Origin: a bacterium
GTDB taxonomy: Bacteria > Zhuqueibacterota > Zhuqueibacteria > Residuimicrobiales > Krinioviventaceae
DNA length: 64,000 nt
NCBI GenBank assembly: GCA_963675755.2
Contig: CAXXMD010000003.1
Span: 1,632,001 to 1,696,000, forward strand
Reading direction: 5' to 3'
Shown: in pieces, positions 36,715 through 46,908 of the stretch
Layout of the letters: each line of letters begins with the position of its first letter
How positions within the stretch are numbered: the first letter of the stretch is position 1
Program-made: the position numbers and the translations under genes
Notes under the pieces: generated by a model
What the model was told of the DNA's origin: nothing
The model's input: the letters and a program-made list of their open reading frames with translations, nothing else
Databases searched by the model: none

Positions 36715-36877
36715 TTTTTTAAATTTTTGTTGTTTGAATCACAAACGTTGTTATATTAATATCTTAACATTAAAAAAGCGGAATAGTATTTCTTAAATAT
36801 AAGTTAATACTTGAAATAGTGCAATAAATAATTGACTAATTAATTAAATCGCATGATCCTTCATTGGAGGTAATTAA

Positions 36878-37774
36878 ATGCAGTTAAAACTAAAGTTATG
36901 GCCGTTATATCTTTCACTGTTTATTCTTTTATCCAGTGTTCCGGGTTTTTCTCAGATTGAAGATAACCTGAAACGTTATACAGGGGATAATGCAGAAGGA
37001 TATATGAAGCCTATCGTAAGTGGATTGGGTGTAAATATGAACCGAGGCTGGTACCAGTCCGCTAAAATTCCTGTAGTTGGTTTACGTTTGCGTGTGGGCG
37101 TTGTTGCCATGATGGCGCCTATTCCGGATGATGATAAAACCTTTATGGCAAAAACGGAAGGAAATTTTAATCCTCAGCAAACTGCTGAAGCTTCTACTGT
37201 TGTAGGTAGCGAAGAAGCTGCGTTGGTAACCGGTACAGGCGGGTCCATTTATGCATTTCCGGGTGGATTGAATATGAATGCTACCGCATTTGCTGTACCC
37301 CAGGTAACTGTGGGTATTCTGGGCTCGGAAGCAATTTTACGCTATTTCACCGCGGATTTTGGTGATTCCGAGATTGGTAGTATTACATTAAAAGGTATTG
37401 GTATCAGACACAGTATAAGCCAGTATCTGTTCATGTTTCCCATTGATATTTCTGTTGGTGCTTTCTGGCAGGATGTGGATGTAGATGAAGATCTGATTAA
37501 TATGACAACTTTGCACTATGGTGTACAGGCAAGCCGTGGCTTTGGTCCCCTGATGCTTTATGGTGGTGTTGGCTTTGACAAAACCAGTGCTTCTGTCAAA
37601 TATACTTATGAAGACAATTATACTAAAATGCCAATCGAGCTGGATATTGACGGAGATACCGGCATGGAGATTACAGCCGGTGTGGGCTTTAATCTTGTTT
37701 TGGTACATTTATCTGCTGACGCGTCATTTGGTGCTCGCACTGCGTTTGCCTTGACTGCCGCGTTTGGGCTTTAA
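36878..37774 (+). CDS. Putative outer-membrane protein (DUF6588-like)
   Basis: Signal peptide; 'GYMKP..SG.G..MN.GWY.SA' and 'GIGIRHSISQY'; beta-strand-rich C-terminus. Confidence 0.65.
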   Translation: MQLKLKLWPLYLSLFILLSSVPGFSQIEDNLKRYTGDNAEGYMKPIVSGLGVNMNRGWYQSAKIPVVGLRLRVGVVAMMAPIPDDDKTFMAKTEGNFNPQQTAEASTVVGSEEAALVTGTGGSIYAFPGGLNMNATAFAVPQVTVGILGSEAILRYFTADFGDSEIGSITLKGIGIRHSISQYLFMFPIDISVGAFWQDVDVDEDLINMTTLHYGVQASRGFGPLMLYGGVGFDKTSASVKYTYEDNYTKMPIELDIDGDTGMEITAGVGFNLVLVHLSADASFGARTAFALTAAFGL

Positions 37775-37791
37775 TCTTTGGAGGATATAAT

Positions 37792-38370
37792 ATGAGAGCA
37801 ATTGTATATACATTATTATTAGGCGCATTGGCCATGATGACCATTGGTGCTTCTTGCGAAGAACGTCTTGTTCAACTGCCGGTTGTTGGTTATGTTGAGC
37901 AAGTTGTTCCGGTAAACAGCTCAAACGGTTCGTTTGTGAGCACCGATATGATAAATTTTGCCAACGAGGTGAATAAACTGCAGCAGGAAAACGCATTTGA
38001 AAATATTATTGCAATCTCTATTGAAAGTGTTTCTTTTACAATATTGAATAATAATAGCGCGGCAGGTTCGGTTATTGATGGCGTTGCTCAGGTTAGCGCA
38101 ACATCTTTCTCTAGTCTTAAAGATTTGGCAACCTTGTCCGGTTTGGACCTGGATGCGGTAGAAAATGTTGAACAAGTACCCGGTCTGGAAACAGATGGTG
38201 TTGCAGAAATTAACCAGGCTATCAATATTGATGCCGGCACCAACCAGATCTTTTTTAATATTAACGGTATTGTTACACCAACACCTCCACCCAATCTTGA
38301 TTTTGATGTTAAAGTCAAAGTCTCTTTTAATATTGTGGGTGAAGTTAAAACCGAAGTTCCTGTGATTTAA
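37792..38370 (+). CDS. Hypothetical lipoprotein
   Basis: SD GGAGG, lipobox GAS-C, beta-rich sequence. Confidence 0.75.
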   Translation: MRAIVYTLLLGALAMMTIGASCEERLVQLPVVGYVEQVVPVNSSNGSFVSTDMINFANEVNKLQQENAFENIIAISIESVSFTILNNNSAAGSVIDGVAQVSATSFSSLKDLATLSGLDLDAVENVEQVPGLETDGVAEINQAINIDAGTNQIFFNINGIVTPTPPPNLDFDVKVKVSFNIVGEVKTEVPVI

Positions 38371-38373
38371 TTC

Positions 38374-38410
38374 AAGGGCCGCTGTTAATCAACAGCGGCC
38401 TTTTTTTATT
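38374..38410 (+). terminator. Intrinsic terminator
   Basis: GGCCGCTGTT-aatc-AACAGCGGCC followed by T7. Confidence 0.88.
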
Positions 38411-38527
38411 TATAAACAGTTTTCCCTCAAGATGTTGTATTTCCTGTCGATACATATATAATAACCTGGTCTTTTATTGTACATATCCTGAAAATTAATC
38501 TGAAAAATCACAAACGGAAAAGGACGC

Positions 38528-38977
38528 ATGATGAAGAAATTGTCTATCATATTATCTATATTGTTTTTGTTTTCAACCTTGGTTATAGCTCATGATTCAA
38601 CCTCGCCCAATGTTCAAGTGCTGGTAAAATCAACAAAAAGCTGGGATGGCCAGGAACTGCCCAATTATGAGACCGGAAAGCCCGAGATCACCGTATTAAA
38701 AATTACCATTCCGCCACACTCGGAACTACCTGTGCACAAACATCCCATCATCAATGTGGGCGTATTGACTAAAGGTAAACTCACTGTTGTAACCAATGAA
38801 AATGAGACATTATACCTTGAAGAGGGATCACCAATTATTGAAGTGGTAGACAAGTGGCATTATGGTAAGAATGAGTCTGATGATCCGGCAGAGATCATTG
38901 TGTTTTACGCAGGTGTTAAAGAGAAACCTTTGAGCGAATATGCCCCGGTTGAAATTGAGGAACTTGAAGCTCACTAG
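38528..38977 (+). CDS. Exported cupin domain protein
   Basis: Signal peptide; 'SWDG..LP.Y..G.PEIT', 'HKHP', 'EVVDKWHYG.N' and 'IVFYAG'. Confidence 0.88.
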   Translation: MMKKLSIILSILFLFSTLVIAHDSTSPNVQVLVKSTKSWDGQELPNYETGKPEITVLKITIPPHSELPVHKHPIINVGVLTKGKLTVVTNENETLYLEEGSPIIEVVDKWHYGKNESDDPAEIIVFYAGVKEKPLSEYAPVEIEELEAH

Positions 38978-39305
38978 AGTGGGAAATATAAATTTATAAC
39001 AGTTTGATTTTGAAATGAAAAACGGGCCGGCAGGTATGAGACCTGATCCATTATATTTGGTTTTATACCTGCCTGTTCTGTGTTGGGGCCGCTTGAAGGG
39101 AAATTGCTTAATTCCTGGCGTTTGACAGCCATATTTTGTTTTTTATTCCAGTCTCTCACCTTAATTATTTACATTGTTAAAAATTTTACTATATTGAATT
39201 ATAGCCTGAATTGTCTGGAGTTATAAATAAAAGTTCGACAGGGTATGCTATATTTTGACACCATTCCGGGAAGCAGTTTTTCAAATTTTTATAGAGGAGG
39301 GAGTA

Positions 39306-40658
39306 ATGAAAGTAAATCAAACATCTAGAAGACGTTTCCTTTCAACTGCATGCGCGGGTACTATGGCTGTAGCACTGGGTTCTTTTCCCGCAATTGCAAA
39401 AAATGAAGCCTCTAAATTGGCAATACTGGGCGGGCAGCCGCTCCGAACAAAACCCTATCCTCACTGGCCGGTCTGGGACCAACGGGACCAGGATGCAATA
39501 CTCCCGGTGCTAAAAAGCGGAGTATGGTCGCGAAAAAATGTGGTATCTCAAGCAGAAAAGAAATTTGCGGATTTGATGGGTGCAAAACATTGTTTGTTGA
39601 CCACAAATGGTACCCACGCGCTTATAACCGCGTTGCGCGCGTTAGGCATTGAAGGTGGGGATGAAGTCATTACCACTCCTTATACTTTTGTGGCATCAAT
39701 TGATGCCATTCTCCTCAATAACGCTTTGCCGGTATTTGTAGATATTGATCCCGAAACCTGGCAGATGGATCCCGATCAGATTGAAGCACAAATTACCCCC
39801 AACACCAAAGCGATTCTCCCGGTCCATATTCTTGGCGGTCTCTGCAATATGGACAAGATTAATAAAATTGCCAAAAAACACAATCTGGTTGTTGTAGAAG
39901 ATGCCTGTGAAGCGCACATGTCTGAATGGAAGAATAAAAAAGCCGGTACCCTGGGAGATTTGGGATGTTTCAGCCTGCAAAACGGCAAGCAGATCACCTG
40001 TGGCGAAGGCGGCGCGATTCTGGGCGATGACGAGCGGATTATGGATCTTTGTTATTCTTTTCATAATTTTGGGCGTTCACGCGGCAAATATATGCCAAAG
40101 GACAAGGGCGGCAGCCCCATTCTGGGTACCAAATGCAGAATGGCTGAATACCAGGCTTCTATCCTGATGACCCAGATGCAATCGGTTGAGGAAGAAGTGG
40201 ACCGGCGAAGCGAGAATGCTGCGTATTTGACGGAAAAGATCAGACAGATTCCGGGCATTATTCCCCGTAAGGATTATGAGCAGGTCACCCGTAAATCCTT
40301 TTATTATTACGGATTCAGGCTGGATGAAAAAACATTCGGATTGCCCCGCAAAATATTCATCAAAGCGCTGGAAGCCGAGGGCATTCCTGCAAACACCGGT
40401 TTAGGTGTAATTGAGGGATTTGCCATGCACCAGGAAGGGGTTGTAGAGTCTACTATCTCCTCCAGGACGTTTACAAAGCTGTTTGATAAAAAGAGACTGG
40501 ACGAATACCGTGCGGGACTGCATTTCCCCAAAGCTGAAAAGCTGGTAAAAGAGACCATTGGTATCAAACATGAAAATTTTCTGGGCACTCTAGAAGACAT
40601 GGATGATATTTACCGCGGTATTTTAAAAGTATATGAAAATAGGCAACAGTTGTTGTAA
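39306..40658 (+). CDS. DegT/DnrJ/EryC1/StrS PLP aminotransferase with Tat signal peptide
   Basis: 'SRRRFL' twin-arginine leader; 'NGTHAL', 'VVEDACEAH' and 'FSLQNGKQITCGEGG'. ATG at 39306 follows GAGGAGG. Confidence 0.88.
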   Translation: MKVNQTSRRRFLSTACAGTMAVALGSFPAIAKNEASKLAILGGQPLRTKPYPHWPVWDQRDQDAILPVLKSGVWSRKNVVSQAEKKFADLMGAKHCLLTTNGTHALITALRALGIEGGDEVITTPYTFVASIDAILLNNALPVFVDIDPETWQMDPDQIEAQITPNTKAILPVHILGGLCNMDKINKIAKKHNLVVVEDACEAHMSEWKNKKAGTLGDLGCFSLQNGKQITCGEGGAILGDDERIMDLCYSFHNFGRSRGKYMPKDKGGSPILGTKCRMAEYQASILMTQMQSVEEEVDRRSENAAYLTEKIRQIPGIIPRKDYEQVTRKSFYYYGFRLDEKTFGLPRKIFIKALEAEGIPANTGLGVIEGFAMHQEGVVESTISSRTFTKLFDKKRLDEYRAGLHFPKAEKLVKETIGIKHENFLGTLEDMDDIYRGILKVYENRQQLL

Positions 40659-40800
40659 GAGAAAGTTTAATACCTGGTTTTTGTGTAAATTGTTTGTATT
40701 CTATCATTTTTTTAATTAATGCTAGAACAAAGAGGGAGCGTAATCGTTTTATTTAGAGTTACTTTTCATTTAATGATTTCAGAAGTAAAGGATTAAAAAA

Positions 40801-43215
40801 ATGAGCAAAGTACAAATACTCTATTTATTATTATTACCCATAACATTATTCGCACAATTGAATACATCTCTCTCCGGTTTGGTTGTTGAAAAAGAAACCG
40901 GAAAGGTACTACCTTTTGCACAAATCGTTTTAACCATGCCGGAAAATCCTGTAATTATTGTTGGTGATTTATCTGATGAAAATGGACGATTTACTTTATC
41001 CGGGATGAAAAGTGGTAATTATACATTAACCTGTTCATTTATTGGATATAAAACAAACAAGGTGCCTGTTTTTATTGGCACCAAAAACAATATTTATAAT
41101 ATAGGTACTATCGCTCTTGAAGCTCAGGTGCTTGAAGGCGAGTCCGTATTTGTAGAAGCAAAACGCTCAATAGTTTCAGAAGGATTGGATAAAAAAACAT
41201 TCAGTGCAGAAGAGTTATTCAACCAATCCGGAGGTTCCGTACTCGAAGCTATGAAATCATTGCCGGGTGTTACAGTGAATCAGGAAGGAAAAGTCCTTTT
41301 GAGAGGTAGTGACAAAGTAGCTGTTTTGATGGATGGTGAGCAATCCAGTTTGACAGGTTTTGGCAATCAAAAAAGTTTGGATAATATACCGGTATCCAAT
41401 ATTGAGCGTATGGAGATTATTAACAATCCTTCCGCAAAATATGATGCATCAGGCATGGCGGGAATTATCAATATTATAAATAAAAAAGAGAAACGTTCGG
41501 GGTTAAATGGGGAAGCCGGTTTTTCGTGGGGTTTAGGCGTTTTGTCTACTCGAAAAGATGACTTGCCAACGCCCCTGGGAAGTTATTCAAAAAATCCGAT
41601 TTATGCACCGAGTTTGAATCTGAATTACAGAAAAAATGATATAAATGTATTTTTGCAATCAGAAGTAATAGATCAGAAACGTCTTCCCAATAACGAATTT
41701 ACCACAAGGATCTATAAAAATGGTGAAAAGATAGTGTCTCAAGTGCCTGAAAACCGGTCACAAACACATTATATTTTTAGTGGTGGTATGGACTGGAAAT
41801 TAAATGACCAGGATTTGCTGACAGTTTCTTCAATTTTTGATTATGAAGGGCATATTGATACTGCTCAAGTACCCTATATTAACCTAAATTCAAATACGCG
41901 AAATCGTCTATGGCATTGGAATGAAGATGAAGTAACCGGTTATGTGAATTATCGGGTTAACTATAAACATCAATATCAGGAAAGAGGTCACGAGTTAAAT
42001 GCAACTTTGCAATATACGCGAGGTTGGGAAGATGAGCAGTATTTTCTAAATGATAGTTCGTATGTGCGTGAATCTGTTGACAATACACATATAGATGCTA
42101 CAGAACACGTAACAACCGCATCATTAGATTATGTAAAACCGACAAGACGGGGTCGAATGGAATCCGGAATTAAAACTCAAATACGGTCCATTCCTGTAAC
42201 CTATGTTACGATTAAAGGAGTGAATTCGATCATTTATCCGGGATTGGGAGACTGGTCAGATTGGGGTGAAAATATTTATTCAGGTTATCTGAATTATATT
42301 TATGAACGCCCCCGATATGCAATTGAAGCCGGTTTCCGGGTTGAGCAGACAAATGTATATTATGAGATTTCTCCAGAGAATATATATTATAACCAAAATG
42401 ATAAATATGATTATCTCGAGCTATTTCCCAATGTTCGTCTCTCATACAGAATGAATTCAGATAACAACATATCTGTATTTTTCAATCGCAGGGTTGACAG
42501 ACCGGATGAAGCAACATTGAGGATTTTCCCAAAATATGATGATCCTGAACTCTTGAAAGTGGGAAACCCCTATTTACGTCCCCAGTTCACCCGGACCATG
42601 GAACTGGCTTATGAGCATAGTTGGCAGAGAGGTTCGTTTTTTCTTTCAGGATATTACCGTCTCATTGATGATCCTTTTACCCGCGTATATAGTATTGATG
42701 AATCCAATGATGAATATGATATAATCAACAAGATATATCAAAATGTTGGCAGTGGCAGTAATTCCGGAGTTGAACTTCTTTTATCACAGCAGATCAAAAA
42801 GAATTTGAAAATTAACGGAAGTTATAATTATTATAACAATATCATAGATGCATATAGCGGTGAATTATTGTTTCCTTATCCCAGGGAGTTTAATATACAG
42901 AAAACTACGGATCTTACCTGGGATATGAAATTGTCAGGACTTTTAACGCCGGCTAATGGCTGGCAAGTTCAGTTAGTTTATATATATTATGCGCCTAAAA
43001 ATATTCCTCAAGGACGACAGTTGTCACGCTCATCTCTTGATTTGGCAGTCAAAAAGAGTGTTTTGGCAAATCGTGCTGAACTGGCGTTTTCTTTTACAGA
43101 CATCCTGAATCAAAACGGAATCCGTCAGGAATTGCATGAAGATACTTTTGACGCAGTGTATGAAAATTATTATGATACCCAGGTTATGAGACTCGGATTC
43201 AAGTATAAATTTTAA
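40801..43215 (+). CDS. TonB-dependent receptor / outer-membrane beta-barrel family protein
   Basis: CarboxypepD-like N-terminus, 'LPGVTV', 'NPSAKYDASG.AGIINII', 'GNPYLRP' and terminal 'YKF'. Confidence 0.9.
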   Translation: MSKVQILYLLLLPITLFAQLNTSLSGLVVEKETGKVLPFAQIVLTMPENPVIIVGDLSDENGRFTLSGMKSGNYTLTCSFIGYKTNKVPVFIGTKNNIYNIGTIALEAQVLEGESVFVEAKRSIVSEGLDKKTFSAEELFNQSGGSVLEAMKSLPGVTVNQEGKVLLRGSDKVAVLMDGEQSSLTGFGNQKSLDNIPVSNIERMEIINNPSAKYDASGMAGIINIINKKEKRSGLNGEAGFSWGLGVLSTRKDDLPTPLGSYSKNPIYAPSLNLNYRKNDINVFLQSEVIDQKRLPNNEFTTRIYKNGEKIVSQVPENRSQTHYIFSGGMDWKLNDQDLLTVSSIFDYEGHIDTAQVPYINLNSNTRNRLWHWNEDEVTGYVNYRVNYKHQYQERGHELNATLQYTRGWEDEQYFLNDSSYVRESVDNTHIDATEHVTTASLDYVKPTRRGRMESGIKTQIRSIPVTYVTIKGVNSIIYPGLGDWSDWGENIYSGYLNYIYERPRYAIEAGFRVEQTNVYYEISPENIYYNQNDKYDYLELFPNVRLSYRMNSDNNISVFFNRRVDRPDEATLRIFPKYDDPELLKVGNPYLRPQFTRTMELAYEHSWQRGSFFLSGYYRLIDDPFTRVYSIDESNDEYDIINKIYQNVGSGSNSGVELLLSQQIKKNLKINGSYNYYNNIIDAYSGELLFPYPREFNIQKTTDLTWDMKLSGLLTPANGWQVQLVYIYYAPKNIPQGRQLSRSSLDLAVKKSVLANRAELAFSFTDILNQNGIRQELHEDTFDAVYENYYDTQVMRLGFKYKF

Positions 43216-43341
43216 TTTCTGTTTTCTCTGTTTCGTTTTCGTATAGATTAAAGCACATGAATGATGGGGGCTTTTCAATGTATAATTCAAATATATTGAT
43301 TCTTTTGCGATATTACAGGCTTTTCCTGAAAGAAGTAAAAT

Positions 43342-43743
43342 ATGATTGATCTTACGCTGGAACAACTGGATGATTATTTAAAATTTCTTTATGAACAATT
43401 GAAAGAATTTAAAAATGATTATTGTATAAATGAAAAAGAGCTGAATCAATTTAATATCGAATTGGCAAAGTTGAAAGAACATGTGTTAAAATCCATTTAT
43501 ATTCCAAAATCCATTAAAGAGCGAATCAATCAACTGGAAATATTTGATTATTCCCGATTATCAAATATTGAAAAGACCAAAAAAGGAATAATTGATTTTA
43601 TTTCAAGGCATAGTTACTATGATCAAGAATCTGAATCGAATGCTGTTGTTTCGTCAAGAGAGATAGAATATATTGAATATTTTTTAATCAATACCAGCCG
43701 GTTAGTTCATATAGAAATTGAAAAGAGAAATGAACGACAATAA
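43342..43743 (+). CDS. Hypothetical protein
   Basis: 133-aa AT-rich ORF filling the gap before glnS; helical and charged; no family recognised. Confidence 0.55.
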   Translation: MIDLTLEQLDDYLKFLYEQLKEFKNDYCINEKELNQFNIELAKLKEHVLKSIYIPKSIKERINQLEIFDYSRLSNIEKTKKGIIDFISRHSYYDQESESNAVVSSREIEYIEYFLINTSRLVHIEIEKRNERQ

Positions 43744-43762
43744 TATATTTTCAACTCCTCTC

Positions 43763-43791
43763 TTGCTCTCACCCGAAAAAATCCGTATATT
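43763..43791 (+). promoter_or_regulatory. Putative sigma70 promoter of glnS
   Basis: TTGCTC-N17-TATATT. Confidence 0.5.
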
Positions 43792-43839
43792 ACCAGTTTA
43801 ATTCTTGTTTTGCATCAATTCATATACAGGAAATACATT

Positions 43840-45573
43840 ATGTCAGAAAATGAAAACAAACCCGCAGAAACGGAAAAACCGGAAAACGGTGCAACGCCGC
43901 CGCCCCATTTTATCCGTTATATCATTCAGGAAGATATGAAATCCAACAAGTGGGAAGGACGTGTTGTTACCCGTTTCCCGCCCGAACCCAACGGTTATTT
44001 GCATATTGGTCATGCCAAGTCTATATGTCTCAATTTTGGTATGGCGAAGGAAAACGGCGGCAAAACCCATTTGCGTTTTGATGATACCAATCCCATCAAA
44101 GAAGAGCAGGAATATATAGATTCTATTAAACAGGATGTGCAATGGCTCGGTTTTTCGTGGGGTGACCATGAATATTATGCGTCTGATTATTTTGATCAGC
44201 TTTACGAATGGGCAATTCGTCTTATTAAAAAGGGCAAAGCCTATGTGTGCGAACTGACCCCGGAAGAGATGCGTGAATACCGTGGGACCCTCAAAGAACC
44301 CGGCAAAGAAAGCCCGTACCGTAACCGCAGCATTGAAGAAAATCTGGATCTGTTTGAACGCATGCATGCCGGTGAATTCCCGGATGGCTCTAAAACCTTG
44401 CGCGCCAAAGTGGATATGGCATCACCCAATATAAATTTGCGTGATCCTATCATGTATCGTATTTTGCGTGCAACACATCCGCGTACCGGTGACAAGTGGT
44501 GCATTTATCCCATGTATGACTGGGCGCACGGCCAGTCCGATTCTATTGAGCGCATTACCCACTCTATTTGTACTTTGGAATTTGAAGACCATCGTCCCTT
44601 GTACGACTGGTTTCTGGACGAGCTGGAAGAATACCATCCCCAGCAGATCGAGTTTGCGCGCCTCAACCTTACCTATATGGTCATGAGCAAGCGCCGTTTG
44701 TTACGTCTGGTCAAAGAAGGACATGTACGCGGTTGGGATGATCCCCGAATGCCCACCATTTCCGGGTTCCGCCGCAAGGGATTTACGCCGTCATCTATTC
44801 GTACATTTTCAGAACGTGTGGGTGTAGCCAAGCGTAACAGCATGGTAGATTATGCCTTGCTGGAATTCTGTTTGCGTGAAGAGCTCAACAAAACCTCACA
44901 GCGGGTAATGGGTGTATTGCGTCCTTTAAAAGTGACCATAACCAATTATCCTGAAGATCAGGTTGAAGAGATGGAAGCCATCAACAATCCCGAAGATGAA
45001 AGTATGGGCACCCGCAAGGTACCGTTCTGCAAGGAATTGTATGTAGAACAAACCGATTTTATGGAAGACGCTCCTAAAAAGTTTTTCAGACTGAAACCCG
45101 GTGGCGAAGTTCGGTTGCGTTACGCGTATTACATCACCTGTAATGAGGTTATCAAAGATGATGATGGTAATGTTGTTGAACTCAAATGTACCTACGATCC
45201 GGAATCCAAAGGCGGTGGCACACCTGATGGACGCAGAGTAAAAGGAACCATTCACTGGGTTTCTGCACGTCATGCTGTACCAGCTGAAGTTCGTTTGTAT
45301 GAGCACTTGTTGACCATCGCAGATGCTGCCGGTGATGTTGAAGAAGGCAAAGACTTTTTGGATTATATGAATCCCAACTCTTTGGAAGTACTTGAAAACG
45401 CTCTGGTAGAGCCGTTTCTGAAAAATGTTAAACCGGGTGTGAATCTGCAGTTTGAACGACACGGATATTTCTATACAGACCCCGATACGACTGATGATAA
45501 AGCAGTATTTAATCGTACTGCAACCCTTCGCGATACCTGGGGTAAAATGGTTCAACAGAATAAACATCAATAG
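43840..45573 (+). CDS. glnS: Glutamine--tRNA ligase
   Basis: '[15 protein letters not shown]', 'LRFDDTNP', 'MSKR', 'GWDDPRMPT' and 'FNRTATLRD'. Confidence 0.97.
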   Translation: MSENENKPAETEKPENGATPPPHFIRYIIQEDMKSNKWEGRVVTRFPPEPNGYLHIGHAKSICLNFGMAKENGGKTHLRFDDTNPIKEEQEYIDSIKQDVQWLGFSWGDHEYYASDYFDQLYEWAIRLIKKGKAYVCELTPEEMREYRGTLKEPGKESPYRNRSIEENLDLFERMHAGEFPDGSKTLRAKVDMASPNINLRDPIMYRILRATHPRTGDKWCIYPMYDWAHGQSDSIERITHSICTLEFEDHRPLYDWFLDELEEYHPQQIEFARLNLTYMVMSKRRLLRLVKEGHVRGWDDPRMPTISGFRRKGFTPSSIRTFSERVGVAKRNSMVDYALLEFCLREELNKTSQRVMGVLRPLKVTITNYPEDQVEEMEAINNPEDESMGTRKVPFCKELYVEQTDFMEDAPKKFFRLKPGGEVRLRYAYYITCNEVIKDDDGNVVELKCTYDPESKGGGTPDGRRVKGTIHWVSARHAVPAEVRLYEHLLTIADAAGDVEEGKDFLDYMNPNSLEVLENALVEPFLKNVKPGVNLQFERHGYFYTDPDTTDDKAVFNRTATLRDTWGKMVQQNKHQ

Positions 45574-45581
45574 TTTGTAAT

Positions 45582-45617
45582 AAACAAGCCCGGTCTTTCA
45601 TGACCGGGCTTGTTTTT
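45582..45617 (+). terminator. Intrinsic terminator
   Basis: AAACAAGCCCGGTC-loop-GACCGGGCTTGTTTTT. Confidence 0.85.
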
Positions 45618-45626
45618 AGGCTGCTT

Positions 45627-46832
45627 ATGAAATCAATCGTCACAATATCTATGCTTTTGTGCGTGTTTGCAACGGGTATATATTCTCAAATACCCCAATT
45701 CGGCAGCAGGCAGAACCTGGGTGAAATAGAGAATGCGGATATTGATGAAGCTTCCGGTTTGGCTGCCAGCCGTAAAAATTCTGGTGTGCTCTGGACACAT
45801 AATGATTCAGGCGACAATGCCAGAATATTTGCTTTGGATTTGCAGGGCAGACACGTGGGGGAATTCAAGATCGAAAACATCAGCAATCGTGATTGGGAAG
45901 ACCTTGCCATTGGTCCCGGCCCGGTTGAGGGTGAGGTTTATCTGTACATTGCGGATATAGGGGACAATGATTATGAACACAATAATAAGTACATTTACCG
46001 TATCCCGGAGCCGGGTGTAAATCCTGCGGCGGAAGCTATTGATACGGTTTTGACGGGTGCGGAAACCATTACCTTTCGCTATCCGGGTGCCCGTTACAAC
46101 GCGGAAACCCTGATGCTTGATCCATTAACCCGAGACCTTTACATTGTAACCAAACAATCAGGATCTGCCGATGTGTTTCGCCTGCCTTATCCGCAATCCA
46201 CAACCGAGACGATGATTGCCGAACATCTCATCACCCTTGATCTGTATGGTGGCGATTTTGGGACGATAGTGGGGGGAGACATTTCTGCAAACGGTCTGGA
46301 GATGCTCATCAAATCCTATTACCAGATATTTTACCGCAGCAGGACGGACAGTACAACCTCCTGGCAGAAAGTACTGCAAACCGAGGCGGTCAGTGTACCC
46401 TATATCGCTGAACCGCAGGGAGAAGCGGTTTGCTGGGCTGCTGACGGATCAGGGTATTATACGCTTAGTGAAGAGACTCTGGATATGGAAGCAGATCTTT
46501 ATTTTTATCCGCGATTGAATGAAACCGGATTACAGGAGCCAGCAGAAACACCGGAACGTTTTGTGTTGAATGCAAACTATCCCAATCCTTTTAATTTATC
46601 CACAACCTTATCATATCGATTGAACGAGACCGGAAAGACCTCATTTGAAATCTATTCTATCACAGGGGAATTGATACGTATTCTGGTATCATCAATTAAA
46701 ACTCCGGGGGAATATAGCGTTCATTGGGACGGGTGTGACAATTTCGGGGACCCGGTTGCGAGTGGGGTGTACTTGTATCGTCTGCAATCCGGTGGTTTTA
46801 GCCAAACACGTCGAATGCTGCTTTTGAAATAA
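45627..46832 (+). CDS. Secreted beta-propeller protein with T9SS-like/FlgD-Ig tail
   Basis: 'EASGLA.S', 'WTHNDSG', 'DWED', 'ADIGDN' and 'QGEA'; tail 'NYPNPFN...ASGVYLYRL'. Confidence 0.82.
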   Translation: MKSIVTISMLLCVFATGIYSQIPQFGSRQNLGEIENADIDEASGLAASRKNSGVLWTHNDSGDNARIFALDLQGRHVGEFKIENISNRDWEDLAIGPGPVEGEVYLYIADIGDNDYEHNNKYIYRIPEPGVNPAAEAIDTVLTGAETITFRYPGARYNAETLMLDPLTRDLYIVTKQSGSADVFRLPYPQSTTETMIAEHLITLDLYGGDFGTIVGGDISANGLEMLIKSYYQIFYRSRTDSTTSWQKVLQTEAVSVPYIAEPQGEAVCWAADGSGYYTLSEETLDMEADLYFYPRLNETGLQEPAETPERFVLNANYPNPFNLSTTLSYRLNETGKTSFEIYSITGELIRILVSSIKTPGEYSVHWDGCDNFGDPVASGVYLYRLQSGGFSQTRRMLLLK

Positions 46833-46908
46833 GAATCCTGAAAACCAATCTCATAACTGAAATAATCCGACAGTGAAAAATCGTTTAATAGATGTAATGG
46901 AGACGGTT

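Noticed and set aside
45600-45626. ORF-track start at 45600
   Set aside because: It lies inside the glnS terminator hairpin; ATG at 45627 gives a proper signal peptide.
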